A stretch of DNA of 38,687 nucleotides from a bacterium (GCA_043812655.1 JBDRLW010000045.1:1-38687), one strand, 5' to 3'. Counted from the first letter of the stretch, positions 8,992-19,662 are shown. The notes: generated by a model not told the origin, from the sequence alone. Made by a program: numbers and translations.

Positions 8992-10011
8992 TTAAAGCAA
9001 GTTATCTTTGATCATCCGCTCCGCGATTAAAACCGCATTGAGCGCGGCGCCGCGGCGAAGATTGTCAGACACGATCCACATCTCGATCCCGTTGGGGATG
9101 GAAATATCCTCTCTAATTCGTCCGACAAACGTCTCGTTTTTACCAACACAATCGATCGGGGTTGGATAACCGCTATTTTTCGGATCATCGATAACTTTCA
9201 CGGTCGGGAACTTTGAGATCAATTCCCGAACTTCATGGGCGGTAATTTTACTTCTGGTCTGGATATTGACCGACTCGGAATGGCCAACAGCCACAGGGAC
9301 TCTCACGGTTGTTGCCGTAATTCTAATGTCTTGGTCTTCCAGGATCTTCCTGGTTTCATTGACCATTTTCAATTCTTCTTTGGTATAACCATTATCCGCA
9401 AAAGAATCGATCTGCGGAATGACGTTAAACGCTATTTGTTTCGGCAAATATTTAGCTGTTATCTTAGCGCTGGGATTATCCAGCAATGTTCTTGTCTGTT
9501 CATACATCTCGGCAACTGCTTCTTTTCCCCAGCCGGATGTTGCCTGGTAGGTGGAAATAACCAGCCGCTCGATCCCTACTTTGTCGTAGATCGGTTTTAA
9601 CGGTAAAACCATTTGCGCTGTTGAACAATTGGGGTTGGCAATGATCCCTTTATGGTTTTTGATCGCATGGCCGTTAACTTCAGGAACGATCAGCGGGACA
9701 TTGGGATCCATCCGAAAATGCGAAGTGTTATCGATCACGACGCAACCATGCTGGGCCGCAGCTGGAGCTAACGCTTCCGAAATTTTGGCTCCAGCCGAAA
9801 AAAGACCGATCTCCATGCCGGCAAAGACTTTTGGTTCGGCTAATGCAACTGTGTATTCTTGCCCTTGAAAATTTATTTTAGTCCCGGCAGTCCGCTCCGA
9901 GGCTAGCGGCAAGAATTTGTTGACCGGAAAATTCCGCTCCTCTAAAACCCGCATCATTTCTTTCCCCACCATCCCCGTCGCCCCTAAAACACAGACATTA
10001 TATTTTTTCAT
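8992..10011 (-). CDS. asd: aspartate-semialdehyde dehydrogenase
   Basis: GATGMVG, IIANPNCST, VRVPVAVGHSE, DNLRRGAALN. Confidence 0.97.
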   Translation of the reverse strand: MKKYNVCVLGATGMVGKEMMRVLEERNFPVNKFLPLASERTAGTKINFQGQEYTVALAEPKVFAGMEIGLFSAGAKISEALAPAAAQHGCVVIDNTSHFRMDPNVPLIVPEVNGHAIKNHKGIIANPNCSTAQMVLPLKPIYDKVGIERLVISTYQATSGWGKEAVAEMYEQTRTLLDNPSAKITAKYLPKQIAFNVIPQIDSFADNGYTKEELKMVNETRKILEDQDIRITATTVRVPVAVGHSESVNIQTRSKITAHEVRELISKFPTVKVIDDPKNSGYPTPIDCVGKNETFVGRIREDISIPNGIEMWIVSDNLRRGAALNAVLIAERMIKDNLL

Positions 10012-11513
10012 TGTTGGACCACCCTTCCTTCAAAAAAATCGGCCACCGCTTTTACCGTCAACGCCGGTGGCTTATTTAACTCTCTAATTATACACTCTAC
10101 CGGTATCTTTTGTCCCATCACTTCCCGGATCACTTCTTCCAGCGCTCCTTTATTTTTAGCTTCTTCTAACCGTTCCTTGTGGAACGAATACCCTTTGCGA
10201 AAACCGATCAATAATTTCCCCTTTTCATCAACCTCAACTGGTTCCCCTTCATGAAGCGAAACATAACCGTAAATGCTCTTTTTGCGCATTGTTTCGAGGA
10301 TCTGCGGCCACTGTGATTTTATATGCGTTATGCGGGTATCGGTGGCGACGGGAGAAACGATAGGCGTAATGGGTTCTGCCAGCGCTTTTCGCACTTCGCC
10401 TTTCGTTTCGCGCTTCTCTACCGCCTCCGCACTTCGTTCACCAAGCAATTCAATCAACGCCACTTCCAAAACCAACCGTCCATGCGGATGCCATTTCATA
10501 TCGAGCTCGGCGCGGGAAAGAGCGGAAATGGTCTCTTTAATTTCCTCTAATGAATATTGCTCCGCTTGAGACCCTAAACGCTTTAATTGGTCGGCAGTAA
10601 GTTCGAGCGCTTCGCCAGAACCGACTTTAACATGTAAAAGATTACGGAAATGGAAAACGAGATCGCGTGTCACTTGCGGGATCGAGCGCCCCTCTTCTAC
10701 CCCTTTTCTAATAAGATCCAGCACTTTATCGGTCTGGCCGCTAGAGACCGCATCGCCAAAGGCAAATAAAAGTTCTTCGTCCGCCGTTCCAAGCAGCATC
10801 ACCACATCGTCATATTTTATTTTTTTGCCGGAAAAGGAAATTAACTGGTCAAGAAGTGAGATCGCGTCACGCATCGCCCCTTCGGCCGAGCGCCCAATTA
10901 GATCAAAAGCCTTCTCCTCTACTTCATACCCTTCATCAACCGCGATCTTCTTCAACTGTTCTTTAATTCCAGTTAAGCTGATCCTGGCAAAATCGAGCCG
11001 CTGGCAACGGGAGGCGATCGTCATCGGCACTTTCTGGTTTTCGGTCGTAGCTAAGACAAATATTGTGTGTGACGGCGGCTCTTCTAGGGTTTTGAGGAGA
11101 GCATTAAAAGCTTCCGGAGTCAGCATGTGGACTTCATCGATGATATAGACTTTGTAGCGGCCTTCCAGCGGCGCGTAGCGAACTCTCTCGCGCAGTTCGC
11201 GGATCTCATCGATCCCTCGGTTGCTGGCGGCATCGATCTCGATCACATCAACCGACTGCCCAGTCCTGATCTTGTTGCAATTATCACATTTATCGCACGC
11301 CTTCTCCGTCGGCCCATCTTTGCAATTAAGGGATTTGGCCAAGATCCTGGCGGTCGAAGTCTTCCCCGTCCCTCTCGGGCCGGAGAAAAGATAAGCGTGG
11401 GCTAAGCGGTTATTCTTGATCGCGTTCTTCAGCGTCTGGACGATCACCGTCTGTCCGACGATCTCATCAAAATTCTGCGACCGCCACTTTCTATATAATG
11501 ATATGTAATTCAT
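10008..11513 (-). CDS. dnaX: DNA polymerase III subunit gamma/tau
   Basis: GPRGTGKT, EIDAASNRG, IIDEVHML, KTLEEPP, SRCQ. Confidence 0.97.
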   Translation of the reverse strand: MNYISLYRKWRSQNFDEIVGQTVIVQTLKNAIKNNRLAHAYLFSGPRGTGKTSTARILAKSLNCKDGPTEKACDKCDNCNKIRTGQSVDVIEIDAASNRGIDEIRELRERVRYAPLEGRYKVYIIDEVHMLTPEAFNALLKTLEEPPSHTIFVLATTENQKVPMTIASRCQRLDFARISLTGIKEQLKKIAVDEGYEVEEKAFDLIGRSAEGAMRDAISLLDQLISFSGKKIKYDDVVMLLGTADEELLFAFGDAVSSGQTDKVLDLIRKGVEEGRSIPQVTRDLVFHFRNLLHVKVGSGEALELTADQLKRLGSQAEQYSLEEIKETISALSRAELDMKWHPHGRLVLEVALIELLGERSAEAVEKRETKGEVRKALAEPITPIVSPVATDTRITHIKSQWPQILETMRKKSIYGYVSLHEGEPVEVDEKGKLLIGFRKGYSFHKERLEEAKNKGALEEVIREVMGQKIPVECIIRELNKPPALTVKAVADFFEGRVVQQ

Positions 11514-12601
11514 TTATAGATCCTCGGTACTCTCTTTCCAATACTACAAACAACTTCATAAGAGATCGTGTCTTCAAGTGCCGCGATCTCGTCGGCGGAA
11601 ATACCTTGGTCGCCTTGCGTGCCGATCAACGCCACCTCATCACCGACTTCAACCTTGTTATTCCCAACATTAACCAACGTCATATCCATTGAAACCCGAC
11701 CGACAACGGGGAAACGTTTCCCCCGAATTAAAACTTGGCCGCGGTTAGAAAGTCTCCGGCTAAAGCCATCGGCATAACCAACTGGCAAAGTTGCGATCTT
11801 GGTTGGGCCTTGAGCCACAAAAGTGCTACCGTAAGACAATGGAGTGCCAGCTACAATCTCTTTTAGGTATGTCACTCTGGTTTTGAAAGAAAGAGCAGGT
11901 TTAAGATTGATCATCCGCCTGGCATTCCCTTGAGGATACAAGCCATACATCATCAGCCCGACCCTAACCATATCAAGATGAGTGGCCGGATGGAAAAGGG
12001 CCGCCGCCGAATTAGCCGAATGCTTGAGCGGTATCTGCGGCACGCGTTCGGCTATTTGCTGGAACTTTTGGAATTGCTCTTGCGTAAAATTATCTTCGGG
12101 ATCTTCCGCTTTAGCAAAATGGGTGAACACCCCTTCGATCTCAAGGGCCGGCAGCGATGATGTCTTAGTGATAAAAGCTATCGCTTCCGACGGCATCACT
12201 CCAACCCTACCCATCCCCGTATCAACTTTCACGTGGACTTTGGCCTTTTTTCCCCGCTTCTGGGCTTCATCGGATAACGCTTTAGCTTCGGTAAAAGAAT
12301 AAATGGTTTGAGTTAAGCTATGCTGGACGATCTCATCCATCACCGATGTCGGTGATTCGGTTAAGATCAAGATCGGCGATAAGATCCCGGCTTCCCGCAG
12401 TTCGAGCGCTTCTTTGATATTGGCTACGCCAAGATAATCGGCCCCGGCTTCAACCGCTGTCCGCGCCACCGCGACCGCGCCGTGGCCATAGGCGTTCGCT
12501 TTGACAACCGCCATAAACCTGGCAGCGGGAGAAATGTATTTTTTTAGCTCCCCGATATTATGCTTGACCGCGTCTAAACTAATTTCGGTGTAAGTGTTCA
12601 T
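11510..12601 (-). CDS. alr: alanine racemase
   Basis: AVVKANAYGHG, DTGMGRVG, GYADG, GRVSMD. Confidence 0.97.
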   Translation of the reverse strand: MNTYTEISLDAVKHNIGELKKYISPAARFMAVVKANAYGHGAVAVARTAVEAGADYLGVANIKEALELREAGILSPILILTESPTSVMDEIVQHSLTQTIYSFTEAKALSDEAQKRGKKAKVHVKVDTGMGRVGVMPSEAIAFITKTSSLPALEIEGVFTHFAKAEDPEDNFTQEQFQKFQQIAERVPQIPLKHSANSAAALFHPATHLDMVRVGLMMYGLYPQGNARRMINLKPALSFKTRVTYLKEIVAGTPLSYGSTFVAQGPTKIATLPVGYADGFSRRLSNRGQVLIRGKRFPVVGRVSMDMTLVNVGNNKVEVGDEVALIGTQGDQGISADEIAALEDTISYEVVCSIGKRVPRIYK

Positions 12602-13403
12602 TTTTTAACTTGTCGACCAATTCATCGGCGATCGTTAATTCTCCAAGCTTGATCTCCCGCCCGGAGCCTTCGCCATGGAAATCGGTCCCGCCGGTAACGC
12701 ACAGCCCCATTTTTCTTGCCAACTCTAAATAATGCCCAATTACTTCCGGCCGATAACCGGGATAATAAACTTCGATCCCCTTTAACCCGATGCCGGCAAA
12801 TTCAGCGATCATCCCGTCAGCGTTAGAGATCAAGGGATGGGCAAAAACCGGCAAGCCCCCCGCCGCGGATATTAATTTGATCGCTTCCGTTGGCGTCAAT
12901 TTATAATGCGGGACATACGCCGGCGACCTAGAATCAAGGAACCGGTTAAAAGCATCTTTAAAATTAGCGACCACTCCCTTTTTTAAGAGCGCCCTGGCAA
13001 CATGCGGCCGGCCCGGCGCTTTATTGCCGGCAATGGCCAAAACTTCTTCCGCGCTAAGATCGACCCCCAGGCTATTTAATTTTTCCACTATTTTATAGAT
13101 CCGCTTAACCCTCCCCTGTTGGACTTTCTCTAAGGCAGCCAGGAATTCCGGATCGTTCCGATCGATAAAATAACCAAGGATATGGATCTCCGCTTTTGGG
13201 CTTTCAGTCGTAAATTCAACCCCCGGAATGACTTCGACCCCTGCCTTTTGTCCCGCCTCTATCGCCCTTTCGACCCCATCGATAATATCATGGTCGGTAA
13301 TGGCAATAGTTTTTAAGCCAGCCTCTTTCGCTAGACGAACAACTTCCTCGGGCGTATGCGTCCCGTCAGAGATAGTCGTGTGGATGTGCAGATCGGCTGG
13401 CAT
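12579..13403 (-). CDS. PHP-domain phosphoesterase (TrpH/YciV-like)
   Basis: DLHIHTTISDG, AITDHD, HILGY, GGTDFHG. Confidence 0.92.
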   Translation of the reverse strand: MPADLHIHTTISDGTHTPEEVVRLAKEAGLKTIAITDHDIIDGVERAIEAGQKAGVEVIPGVEFTTESPKAEIHILGYFIDRNDPEFLAALEKVQQGRVKRIYKIVEKLNSLGVDLSAEEVLAIAGNKAPGRPHVARALLKKGVVANFKDAFNRFLDSRSPAYVPHYKLTPTEAIKLISAAGGLPVFAHPLISNADGMIAEFAGIGLKGIEVYYPGYRPEVIGHYLELARKMGLCVTGGTDFHGEGSGREIKLGELTIADELVDKLKNEHLHRN

Positions 13404-13422
13404 TAATAAATTATAACAAACT

Positions 13423-14010
13423 TCAGCTCGCGTTAAAAGACGTCATCAGGAGATAATCAAAGACCTGGGGAGTAACTTCAAACTTCAGGAGGGTCTGGGT
13501 AAAAGCGCTGGCTGCCACTTCGCTTAGGGCTTTGACCATCTTTTCCCTTACGAACGGCCCAACCTTCCACACCACAAATTTATACCGCTTGTAAACCTCG
13601 CCCAGCCTTTCGTGCTCGAGGTGCAAGAAGAGCTTTTGGGCAACGACGATCTTGAGGAGCCGCTCCGATAATTCACGCGATTCAATTTCGCGTAAAAGTT
13701 TTTCGTGGAATTTGCGGGAGATGATGATCTCGCGCTCTTTGCGCCGGTATTCGCTGGCTTTTATATTTTTTCTTTCTTCGCCAAAGATCTTAAGCCCCAT
13801 CTTGGCCGCGATCTTCCGGGGATCGCTGGTGCCGTATTCACCCGCTACCCACTGCGCCGTCTCATCGCCAATGGTAATAACTTTTTTAATGACCTCGTTT
13901 TTCTCCACTTCAGGGAGTTTTTGGAAGACCTTATCTTTAGCTAAGGCGAGGTGAGCCAGCATCAGCCGGTTGCGGAAAACGATCGCTTTTGAATTTTTGG
14001 TTTTAGTCAT
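13423..14010 (-). CDS. hypothetical protein, degenerate ImmA/IrrE-like metallopeptidase fold
   Basis: YGTSDPRKIA, VAQKLFLHLE (HExxH position degenerate), SEVAASAFTQTLL. Confidence 0.55.
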   Translation of the reverse strand: MTKTKNSKAIVFRNRLMLAHLALAKDKVFQKLPEVEKNEVIKKVITIGDETAQWVAGEYGTSDPRKIAAKMGLKIFGEERKNIKASEYRRKEREIIISRKFHEKLLREIESRELSERLLKIVVAQKLFLHLEHERLGEVYKRYKFVVWKVGPFVREKMVKALSEVAASAFTQTLLKFEVTPQVFDYLLMTSFNAS

Positions 14011-14824
14011 AAACTCTTTTTACTGAATCAGTGATCCCTCTATCTTCAACGTCTATTCTAACATAATTATAAAATCCGCCAAAGTCCCGGGGCAAATAAA
14101 GCGGGCCGCCCCCGCCGCCAGAAACAATATAGGTCACGCCATTCCTCTCGCTTTTGGCGTAGCCATGGATATGACCAGCCAAAACATAATTCACTTTGTA
14201 TTTGGTGAATAAAGCCATGAGCTCTTCGATCACCGCCCGCCCCGACATGATATGGTCCTTGTATGTTTCCGACGGGTCAAAGGTCGGCTTGTGCATGATG
14301 ACAAATTTATACCTAGCGGTAGTTTTGGCCAGATCATTTTTAAGCCAAGAAAATTGTTTGTCGTCAAAATTTTGTTTAAAAGCGTTATCAAGGACAATAA
14401 AATGGGAGTTTTGATGATCAAACGAATAATAAGACGGGCCATAATATTTCTTAAATCTTCGCCAGCCGCCATAAACGCCATCGTGGTTCCCCATCGCTTG
14501 ATAGTATGGGATCTTCAGGGCAGCCATTATTTTTCGATATTTTATATAGTGGGCCTCTTCTCCGTAAGGCACGCAATCACCGGTGTGGATAATAAAGCTG
14601 ATGTTCTTTTCTTGTTTAACCTTGGCCAGAAGATCGTTCAGTACTCGATAATTACCCTGGTTATCACCGAAGACGATAAATGAATAGGCGTAAGCGGAAG
14701 AAGAAAACAAATAAAATAAAAAACAAAGACCTATTAGGAACCTGCGGATAAATTCGCGGTTCCTAGCCACTAAAACAGCAGAATTAATTCTGCTGTTTTC
14801 CTTTATAAATAACCGAGAATTCAT
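14003..14824 (-). CDS. secreted calcineurin-like metallophosphoesterase
   Basis: FGDNQ, HTGD, GNHD, GHIH motifs; signal-peptide-like FLIGLCFLFYLFSSSAYA; start uncertain. Confidence 0.88.
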   Translation of the reverse strand: MNSRLFIKENSRINSAVLVARNREFIRRFLIGLCFLFYLFSSSAYAYSFIVFGDNQGNYRVLNDLLAKVKQEKNISFIIHTGDCVPYGEEAHYIKYRKIMAALKIPYYQAMGNHDGVYGGWRRFKKYYGPSYYSFDHQNSHFIVLDNAFKQNFDDKQFSWLKNDLAKTTARYKFVIMHKPTFDPSETYKDHIMSGRAVIEELMALFTKYKVNYVLAGHIHGYAKSERNGVTYIVSGGGGGPLYLPRDFGGFYNYVRIDVEDRGITDSVKRVYD

Positions 14825-14833
14825 TCTCAGGTT
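14735..14833. repeat. cluster of three REP-like palindromes with GAATT(A/C)ATTC-type cores
   Basis: TAGGAACCTGCGGATAAATTCGCGGTTCCTA; perfect 28-bp AAAACAGCAGAATTAATTCTGCTGTTTT; AACCGAGAATTCATTCTCAGGTT. Confidence 0.85.
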
Positions 14834-15705
14834 GTCAAACCCTCAACAACTTTTTTAATCTGTTCTTTTTCACTCTCGCTCGGTTCAACCAGCGGCAAGC
14901 GCGGGATCCCGACCGGCTGGCCGATCAGGCCAAGCGCGTATTTTAACGGCGCCGGATTCGAGGTGATGAATAAAACTTTGAAGATCGGCAGGAGTTTTAA
15001 ATGTATTTCAGCCGCTTTTTTTACGTCACCCGCATGATAAGCGCCCACCATCGACGCTATTTCTTTACCTACAATGTGCGAAGCGACCGAGATGATCCCC
15101 ACTGCCCCAACCGACAGCATTGGCAGGGTCAGCGAATCGTCACCGCTCCAGATGGTGAATTCTTTAGGGCAAAGCGCCCTGGTGGCGGAAGTCTGGTCAA
15201 GATTTCCCGCCGCGTCTTTGAGCCCAACAATATTTTTGATCGCGGCCAAACGAGCCGTTGTCTCTGGAGTCATGTTGATCCCGGTCCGTCCGGGGATATT
15301 GTAAATAATGATCGGCAGTGAAGTGCTTTTCGCCACCGCCTGGAAATGTTGGAACAACCCTTCTTGCGATGGTTTATTATAGTAAGGGACCACTATCATT
15401 ACTCCGTCAACGCCAATTTCCTCCGCTTTTTGAGTGGATTTAATTGTGGTTTCGGTTGAATTTGAACCGGTGCCGGCAATTATTTTACATTTGCCGCCGA
15501 CCGCTTTCTTGACGACACGATAAAGCTCGTATTCTTCCTCATGTGTTAAGGTCGGTGATTCACCAGTTGTCCCGTGCAGGACCAAACCTTCTGATCCATT
15601 CTTTACAAGATAATCAGCTAATTCCTCTGCCCTTTGCCAGTCAACTGACAAATCTTTATTGAACGGTGTCGCCATGGCCGTGATTAAGTTGCCAAGTTTA
15701 TTCAT
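14827..15705 (-). CDS. dapA: 4-hydroxy-tetrahydrodipicolinate synthase
   Basis: GTTGESPTL, VPYYNKP, YNIPGRTG, GLKDA, SGDD. Confidence 0.97.
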   Translation of the reverse strand: MNKLGNLITAMATPFNKDLSVDWQRAEELADYLVKNGSEGLVLHGTTGESPTLTHEEEYELYRVVKKAVGGKCKIIAGTGSNSTETTIKSTQKAEEIGVDGVMIVVPYYNKPSQEGLFQHFQAVAKSTSLPIIIYNIPGRTGINMTPETTARLAAIKNIVGLKDAAGNLDQTSATRALCPKEFTIWSGDDSLTLPMLSVGAVGIISVASHIVGKEIASMVGAYHAGDVKKAAEIHLKLLPIFKVLFITSNPAPLKYALGLIGQPVGIPRLPLVEPSESEKEQIKKVVEGLTT

Positions 15706-15745
15706 AAGTCACCTCTCAAGAAATAATAACATAACCAGCCAGTGA

Positions 15746-16618
15746 TTATCCACCTGGTTTAAGAGGTATATATATTTTAAAAGAAGCTCCGCCCTCAGGT
15801 AAATTCATAACAGTTAAAAAGCCTTGATGCGCTTCAACATTTTTAAGGGTGGAAACAATTCCCTGGCCGTGGCCTTCCCCTTTAGTTGATTTACTGCAAT
15901 AAGTATCCGAAGTCAAGACAATTTCTTTTTGCCTAATTGCTTCTGCTTTTGGTAGCCAGGGAAGACCAGGACCATTATCATTAACGGCAATCAACAAATA
16001 TCTATTAAATGGAATTGAATATTCTTGACCATCAATATTTACAAAAGATATCTGATTATTGCCTTCGAATACTGACAAATTAATATTTATCGCTTTATCT
16101 GATCGTCCAGCAATTGCCGTTTCGTTACAATCAGCTATCAATTTTTCGCGGCCAGCGATGCCATCATATAAAGAGACATAGCCAATTTTCTCTGAGGCAT
16201 TTTCTTGACTTGTTAAACTGCTTCTTAAAGCAGAATGAACTATTCGGCTAATATCTTGTTCTATTAAAGGGATATAGTCTTTCCCTGACATAAATAATCC
16301 CATGGCGTTAATTATTCCCTCGAGTTGCTTTGCACCGCCCGCTAGGGCCGGAATAAATACTGGCATTCTTTCCGGACATTCTTCCAATAAGCCATGGTTC
16401 CCAATGAGTGTCGTAGCAACGTTTCTTATATCATGAACAAACAAACCTGTTACTGTTTGCAGTCTTAATAATTCTCTTTTGAGCTTACTATTATCTTTTT
16501 GAGATCCCTTTAATCTTGCTTGAGATCTCTGTAATCCAACATGCAAACGTCGAAATCTTTTTGCTTGCCCTGGAATTCTTCCACTGTTTCTTAAATTTCT
16601 ATTTACTCCACCAATCAT
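15746..16618 (-). CDS. sensor-less, divergent histidine kinase (HisKA + HATPase)
   Basis: FVHDIRN H-box, VNDNGPGL G1, STKGEGHGQG G2, GGASFKIYIP; no TM or sensor domain. Confidence 0.8.
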   Translation of the reverse strand: MIGGVNRNLRNSGRIPGQAKRFRRLHVGLQRSQARLKGSQKDNSKLKRELLRLQTVTGLFVHDIRNVATTLIGNHGLLEECPERMPVFIPALAGGAKQLEGIINAMGLFMSGKDYIPLIEQDISRIVHSALRSSLTSQENASEKIGYVSLYDGIAGREKLIADCNETAIAGRSDKAININLSVFEGNNQISFVNIDGQEYSIPFNRYLLIAVNDNGPGLPWLPKAEAIRQKEIVLTSDTYCSKSTKGEGHGQGIVSTLKNVEAHQGFLTVMNLPEGGASFKIYIPLKPGG

Positions 16619-16810
16619 AAAAACCTCTTTAACCCTTCATATTTATAAGTGAGCTCGGCTCTAATAGAACATCGGCCGCTTCGCAGCACTATGTTATTTT
16701 CCAAAGTTAAATGAATGAATGCCTTCGACATATTAATATGATATTATCGCGCAGTGACACCTTCATTTGTCATTACTTATCAGGAGCCCCACTTATTCCC
16801 CTGACAAGTT

Positions 16811-16838
16811 ATTATCCGCTGCTAGTTTGAATAATTTC
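16811..16838 (-). promoter_or_regulatory. sigma28-like promoter motif upstream of HK-like gene
   Basis: GAAATTA-N13-CGGATAAT on minus strand, ~190 nt before ATG. Confidence 0.55.
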
Positions 16839-16885
16839 AGGTAGTTTTACTTTTTGGGGTTCGATAGATTTTCTAATAATACAGT

Positions 16886-16913
16886 GAAATTATTTTGATT
16901 TTTCTACGATATT
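16886..16913 (+). promoter_or_regulatory. sigma28-like promoter motif upstream of LRV-repeat gene
   Basis: GAAATTA-N13-ACGATATT, 5 nt before ATG 16919; a weaker tandem copy GTAGTTT-N13-TCGATAGA lies at 16841-16868. Confidence 0.7.
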
Positions 16914-16918
16914 TTATT

Positions 16919-17689
16919 ATGAAAACTGATCTCTGTCGTCAAACAACATCTGCGGCTGTCTTGTCACGATTACTTAGGTTCTTTCCAAAACAAAAAACAA
17001 CAAACACCGCTTCTAAATTATTCAGCAAAGCATCTTACGAAGAAAGACTCGCTTGGGCCAGCACCTCAGACTGTAAAAATGCTTTAATCTTCCTTGCCCG
17101 CGATCCAGATCCAGTTATTCAATCGGCCCTTCGGTCAAATCCCAATTTTATGCCTATTCATATCAAGCAAATGGTTGATGAGGTAATGGATGTATTCAAT
17201 CAACTCCCTTTATCCATTAAACTAAAATCTATCAAGCAATGTTGCCATCCAGAAGTATTACGCGCATTGGCTGATTATGAAAATGTTATAGTCAAACTGG
17301 CAGTCTTGAATAACCCGAATACTCCAACCGATGTCTGTGACAAACTTGCGGCCGCGTTCCAAGACCTGGAGCTGCCCGAGCTGACTCTTTCAAGCCGCCT
17401 CGGTTTTATTTATCATTTACCCTGGGGTTTAGCTAAAAAAGTAGAATTGGCCAGAGCTAGCACAGATCAATCAATATTAGAGCAACTTTATCATTACAGC
17501 TTAACTTCTCCCTATTCAGAAGTTTTATTATTAGCTTTAGTTGAAAACCGTAATCTCCATTCCGACTTACTGGAAAAAATTGCCGCCCTGCCCCTTGCAA
17601 AAGTTCAAGCCGCGGCCAATTCAAAACTTAAGTGGTTTGTTTCCGCGATGGAAGGTCCAGAAATTTGTTCCGGTGAAGACGAAGATTAG
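16919..17689 (+). CDS. leucine-rich-variant (LRV/HEAT-like) repeat protein
   Basis: [57 protein letters not shown] 16919 preferred over TTG 16895. Confidence 0.75.
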   Translation: MKTDLCRQTTSAAVLSRLLRFFPKQKTTNTASKLFSKASYEERLAWASTSDCKNALIFLARDPDPVIQSALRSNPNFMPIHIKQMVDEVMDVFNQLPLSIKLKSIKQCCHPEVLRALADYENVIVKLAVLNNPNTPTDVCDKLAAAFQDLELPELTLSSRLGFIYHLPWGLAKKVELARASTDQSILEQLYHYSLTSPYSEVLLLALVENRNLHSDLLEKIAALPLAKVQAAANSKLKWFVSAMEGPEICSGEDED

Positions 17690-19662
17690 TTCTTTAACCC
17701 AAAAGCCTTTTTTAATTCCTTAATCCGATCCCTGATCTCCGCGGCGGTTTCGAAGTTGAGCTCGGTTGAGGCGGCTAGCATTTCTTCTTCTAATGTCCGG
17801 ATCAGATCCGGCACTTCTTCCGGCGGCATAAAGTCTTTCAGCCGCTTGATCTCGGCTAATTTACTTTCTCTTATCCGGTCAGAAATATCGGCTATATCTT
17901 TAATAATTGTTTTCGGAGTAATATTATTCTTTTGGTTATATTCAATTTGGATCTTACGGCGGCGGTTGGTTTCGGCCATCGCCCGCTTCATCGAATCGGT
18001 CATCTTGGCGGCATAAAGAATAACTGTTCCGTTAATGTTCCGCGACGCCCGCCCAATTGTCTGGATCAGCGAAGTCTCTGCCCGCAAAAATCCTTCTTTA
18101 TCAGCATCAAGGATCGCGACCAATGAAACCTCCGGCAAATCTAACCCCTCCCGCAACAGATTGATCCCAACCAGGACATCAAATTCACCCAACCGTAAAC
18201 CGCGCAAGATCTCGATCCGGTCTAAAGTTTCTACATCTGAATGAAGATAACGAACTCTAATGCCTGCCTCATTTAAATATTCCGATAAATCTTCGGCCAT
18301 CCTTTTCGTTAAAGTCGTAACCAATACACGTTCCTTTTTCGCCGTCCGCAATTTTATCTCTTTTAATAGGTCCTCAACCTGCCCTTCCGGCTTTCTAACT
18401 TCGACAGCCGGATCGATCAACCCGGTGGGACGGATGATCTGTTCGACTATTTGGGCGGAATGCTCCTTTTCATACTGGCTAGGTGTCGCTGAAACGAAAA
18501 CTGTCTGTCCTAACCGCTGTTCGATCTCTTCGAACCGGAGGGGCCGGTTGTCGAGCGCTGAAGGAAGCCGAAAACCAAAATCGATCAAATTATTTTTCCT
18601 CGCCCTGTCCCCCGCGTACATCGCGTGGAGCTGGGGAATGGTGACGTGTGACTCATCAATAAAAACCATGAAATCTTTGGGAAAATAATCAAGGAGGGTC
18701 GAAGGCGATTCTCCCGGTTTGCGCCCGTCAAAATACCGCGAATAATTCTCGATCCCCGAGCAATATCCCATCTCCTTAATTATCTCCAGATCATATTTCG
18801 TCCGCTGTTCTAAGCGTTGAGCCTCAACTAATTTATTTTGTTTTTTAAGTTCATCAACTCGCGCGACCATATCCTGCCTGATCTGGGCCAACGCTTTTTC
18901 CATCCGGTCTTCAAAGGTCAAATAGTGAGTTCCCGGGAAGATCGCGGCACTCTCTTTTTCCCCGACCTTTTTCCCGCCAACCGGCTCCAGCTCGCTGATC
19001 CGGCCGATCTTTTCCCCATCAAGTTCTATCCGGAGAAGATTTTTCTCGTACGCTGGCATAACTTCAATTACATCACCACGAACCCGGAATCGGCTCCGTT
19101 TTAATTCAAAATCATTCCGTTCATATTTCACGGAAACCAAATGTTTGATTATGTCTTCACGATCGTATTTTTCTCCAACTTTTAAGATCAAAACGGCTTT
19201 TAAATAATCTTTCGGCGTTCCTAAGCTGTAGATGCAAGATACCGAAGCGACCACGATCACGTCTCGCCTGGAAAGAAGCGACATCGTCGCTTCGTGGCGC
19301 AAACGATCAAGTTCGTCATTGATCGAAGAATCTTTTTCAATGTAGGTATCGGTCGAAGCGATGTAGGCTTCCGGCTGATAATAATCATAATAGGAAACAA
19401 AATATTCAACCGCGTTGTGCGGGAAAAACGAGCGGAATTCCTGGCAGAGCTGAGCCGCTAAAGTTTTGTTGTGGGAAATAATTAGCGTTGGGCGTTGGAC
19501 TTTCTGGATGACATTAGCCATTGTGAACGTCTTACCGGAACCGGTAATCCCCAGAAGAGTTTGTTCTTTCTTCCCCTCTAACAAACCATCTACTAACAGA
19601 CTAATGGCTTTGGGTTGGTCGCCCTCCGGTTTGAAGTTAGAGACTAGCTCGAATTTGGCCAT
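17686..19662 (-). CDS. uvrB: excinuclease ABC subunit B
   Basis: [39 protein letters not shown]-terminal UVR domain. Confidence 0.98.
   Translation of the reverse strand: MAKFELVSNFKPEGDQPKAISLLVDGLLEGKKEQTLLGITGSGKTFTMANVIQKVQRPTLIISHNKTLAAQLCQEFRSFFPHNAVEYFVSYYDYYQPEAYIASTDTYIEKDSSINDELDRLRHEATMSLLSRRDVIVVASVSCIYSLGTPKDYLKAVLILKVGEKYDREDIIKHLVSVKYERNDFELKRSRFRVRGDVIEVMPAYEKNLLRIELDGEKIGRISELEPVGGKKVGEKESAAIFPGTHYLTFEDRMEKALAQIRQDMVARVDELKKQNKLVEAQRLEQRTKYDLEIIKEMGYCSGIENYSRYFDGRKPGESPSTLLDYFPKDFMVFIDESHVTIPQLHAMYAGDRARKNNLIDFGFRLPSALDNRPLRFEEIEQRLGQTVFVSATPSQYEKEHSAQIVEQIIRPTGLIDPAVEVRKPEGQVEDLLKEIKLRTAKKERVLVTTLTKRMAEDLSEYLNEAGIRVRYLHSDVETLDRIEILRGLRLGEFDVLVGINLLREGLDLPEVSLVAILDADKEGFLRAETSLIQTIGRASRNINGTVILYAAKMTDSMKRAMAETNRRRKIQIEYNQKNNITPKTIIKDIADISDRIRESKLAEIKRLKDFMPPEEVPDLIRTLEEEMLAASTELNFETAAEIRDRIKELKKAFGLKN

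Noticed and set aside
10270..10290. Possible dnaX -1 frameshift site
   Set aside because: It reads C AAA AAG rather than A AAA AAG, and no downstream stimulatory hairpin was evident.
16615..16731. 38-aa ORF in the kinase leader overlapping its start (ATGA)
   Set aside because: No SD or recognisable motif, and the kinase has its own GAGG SD; likely chance.
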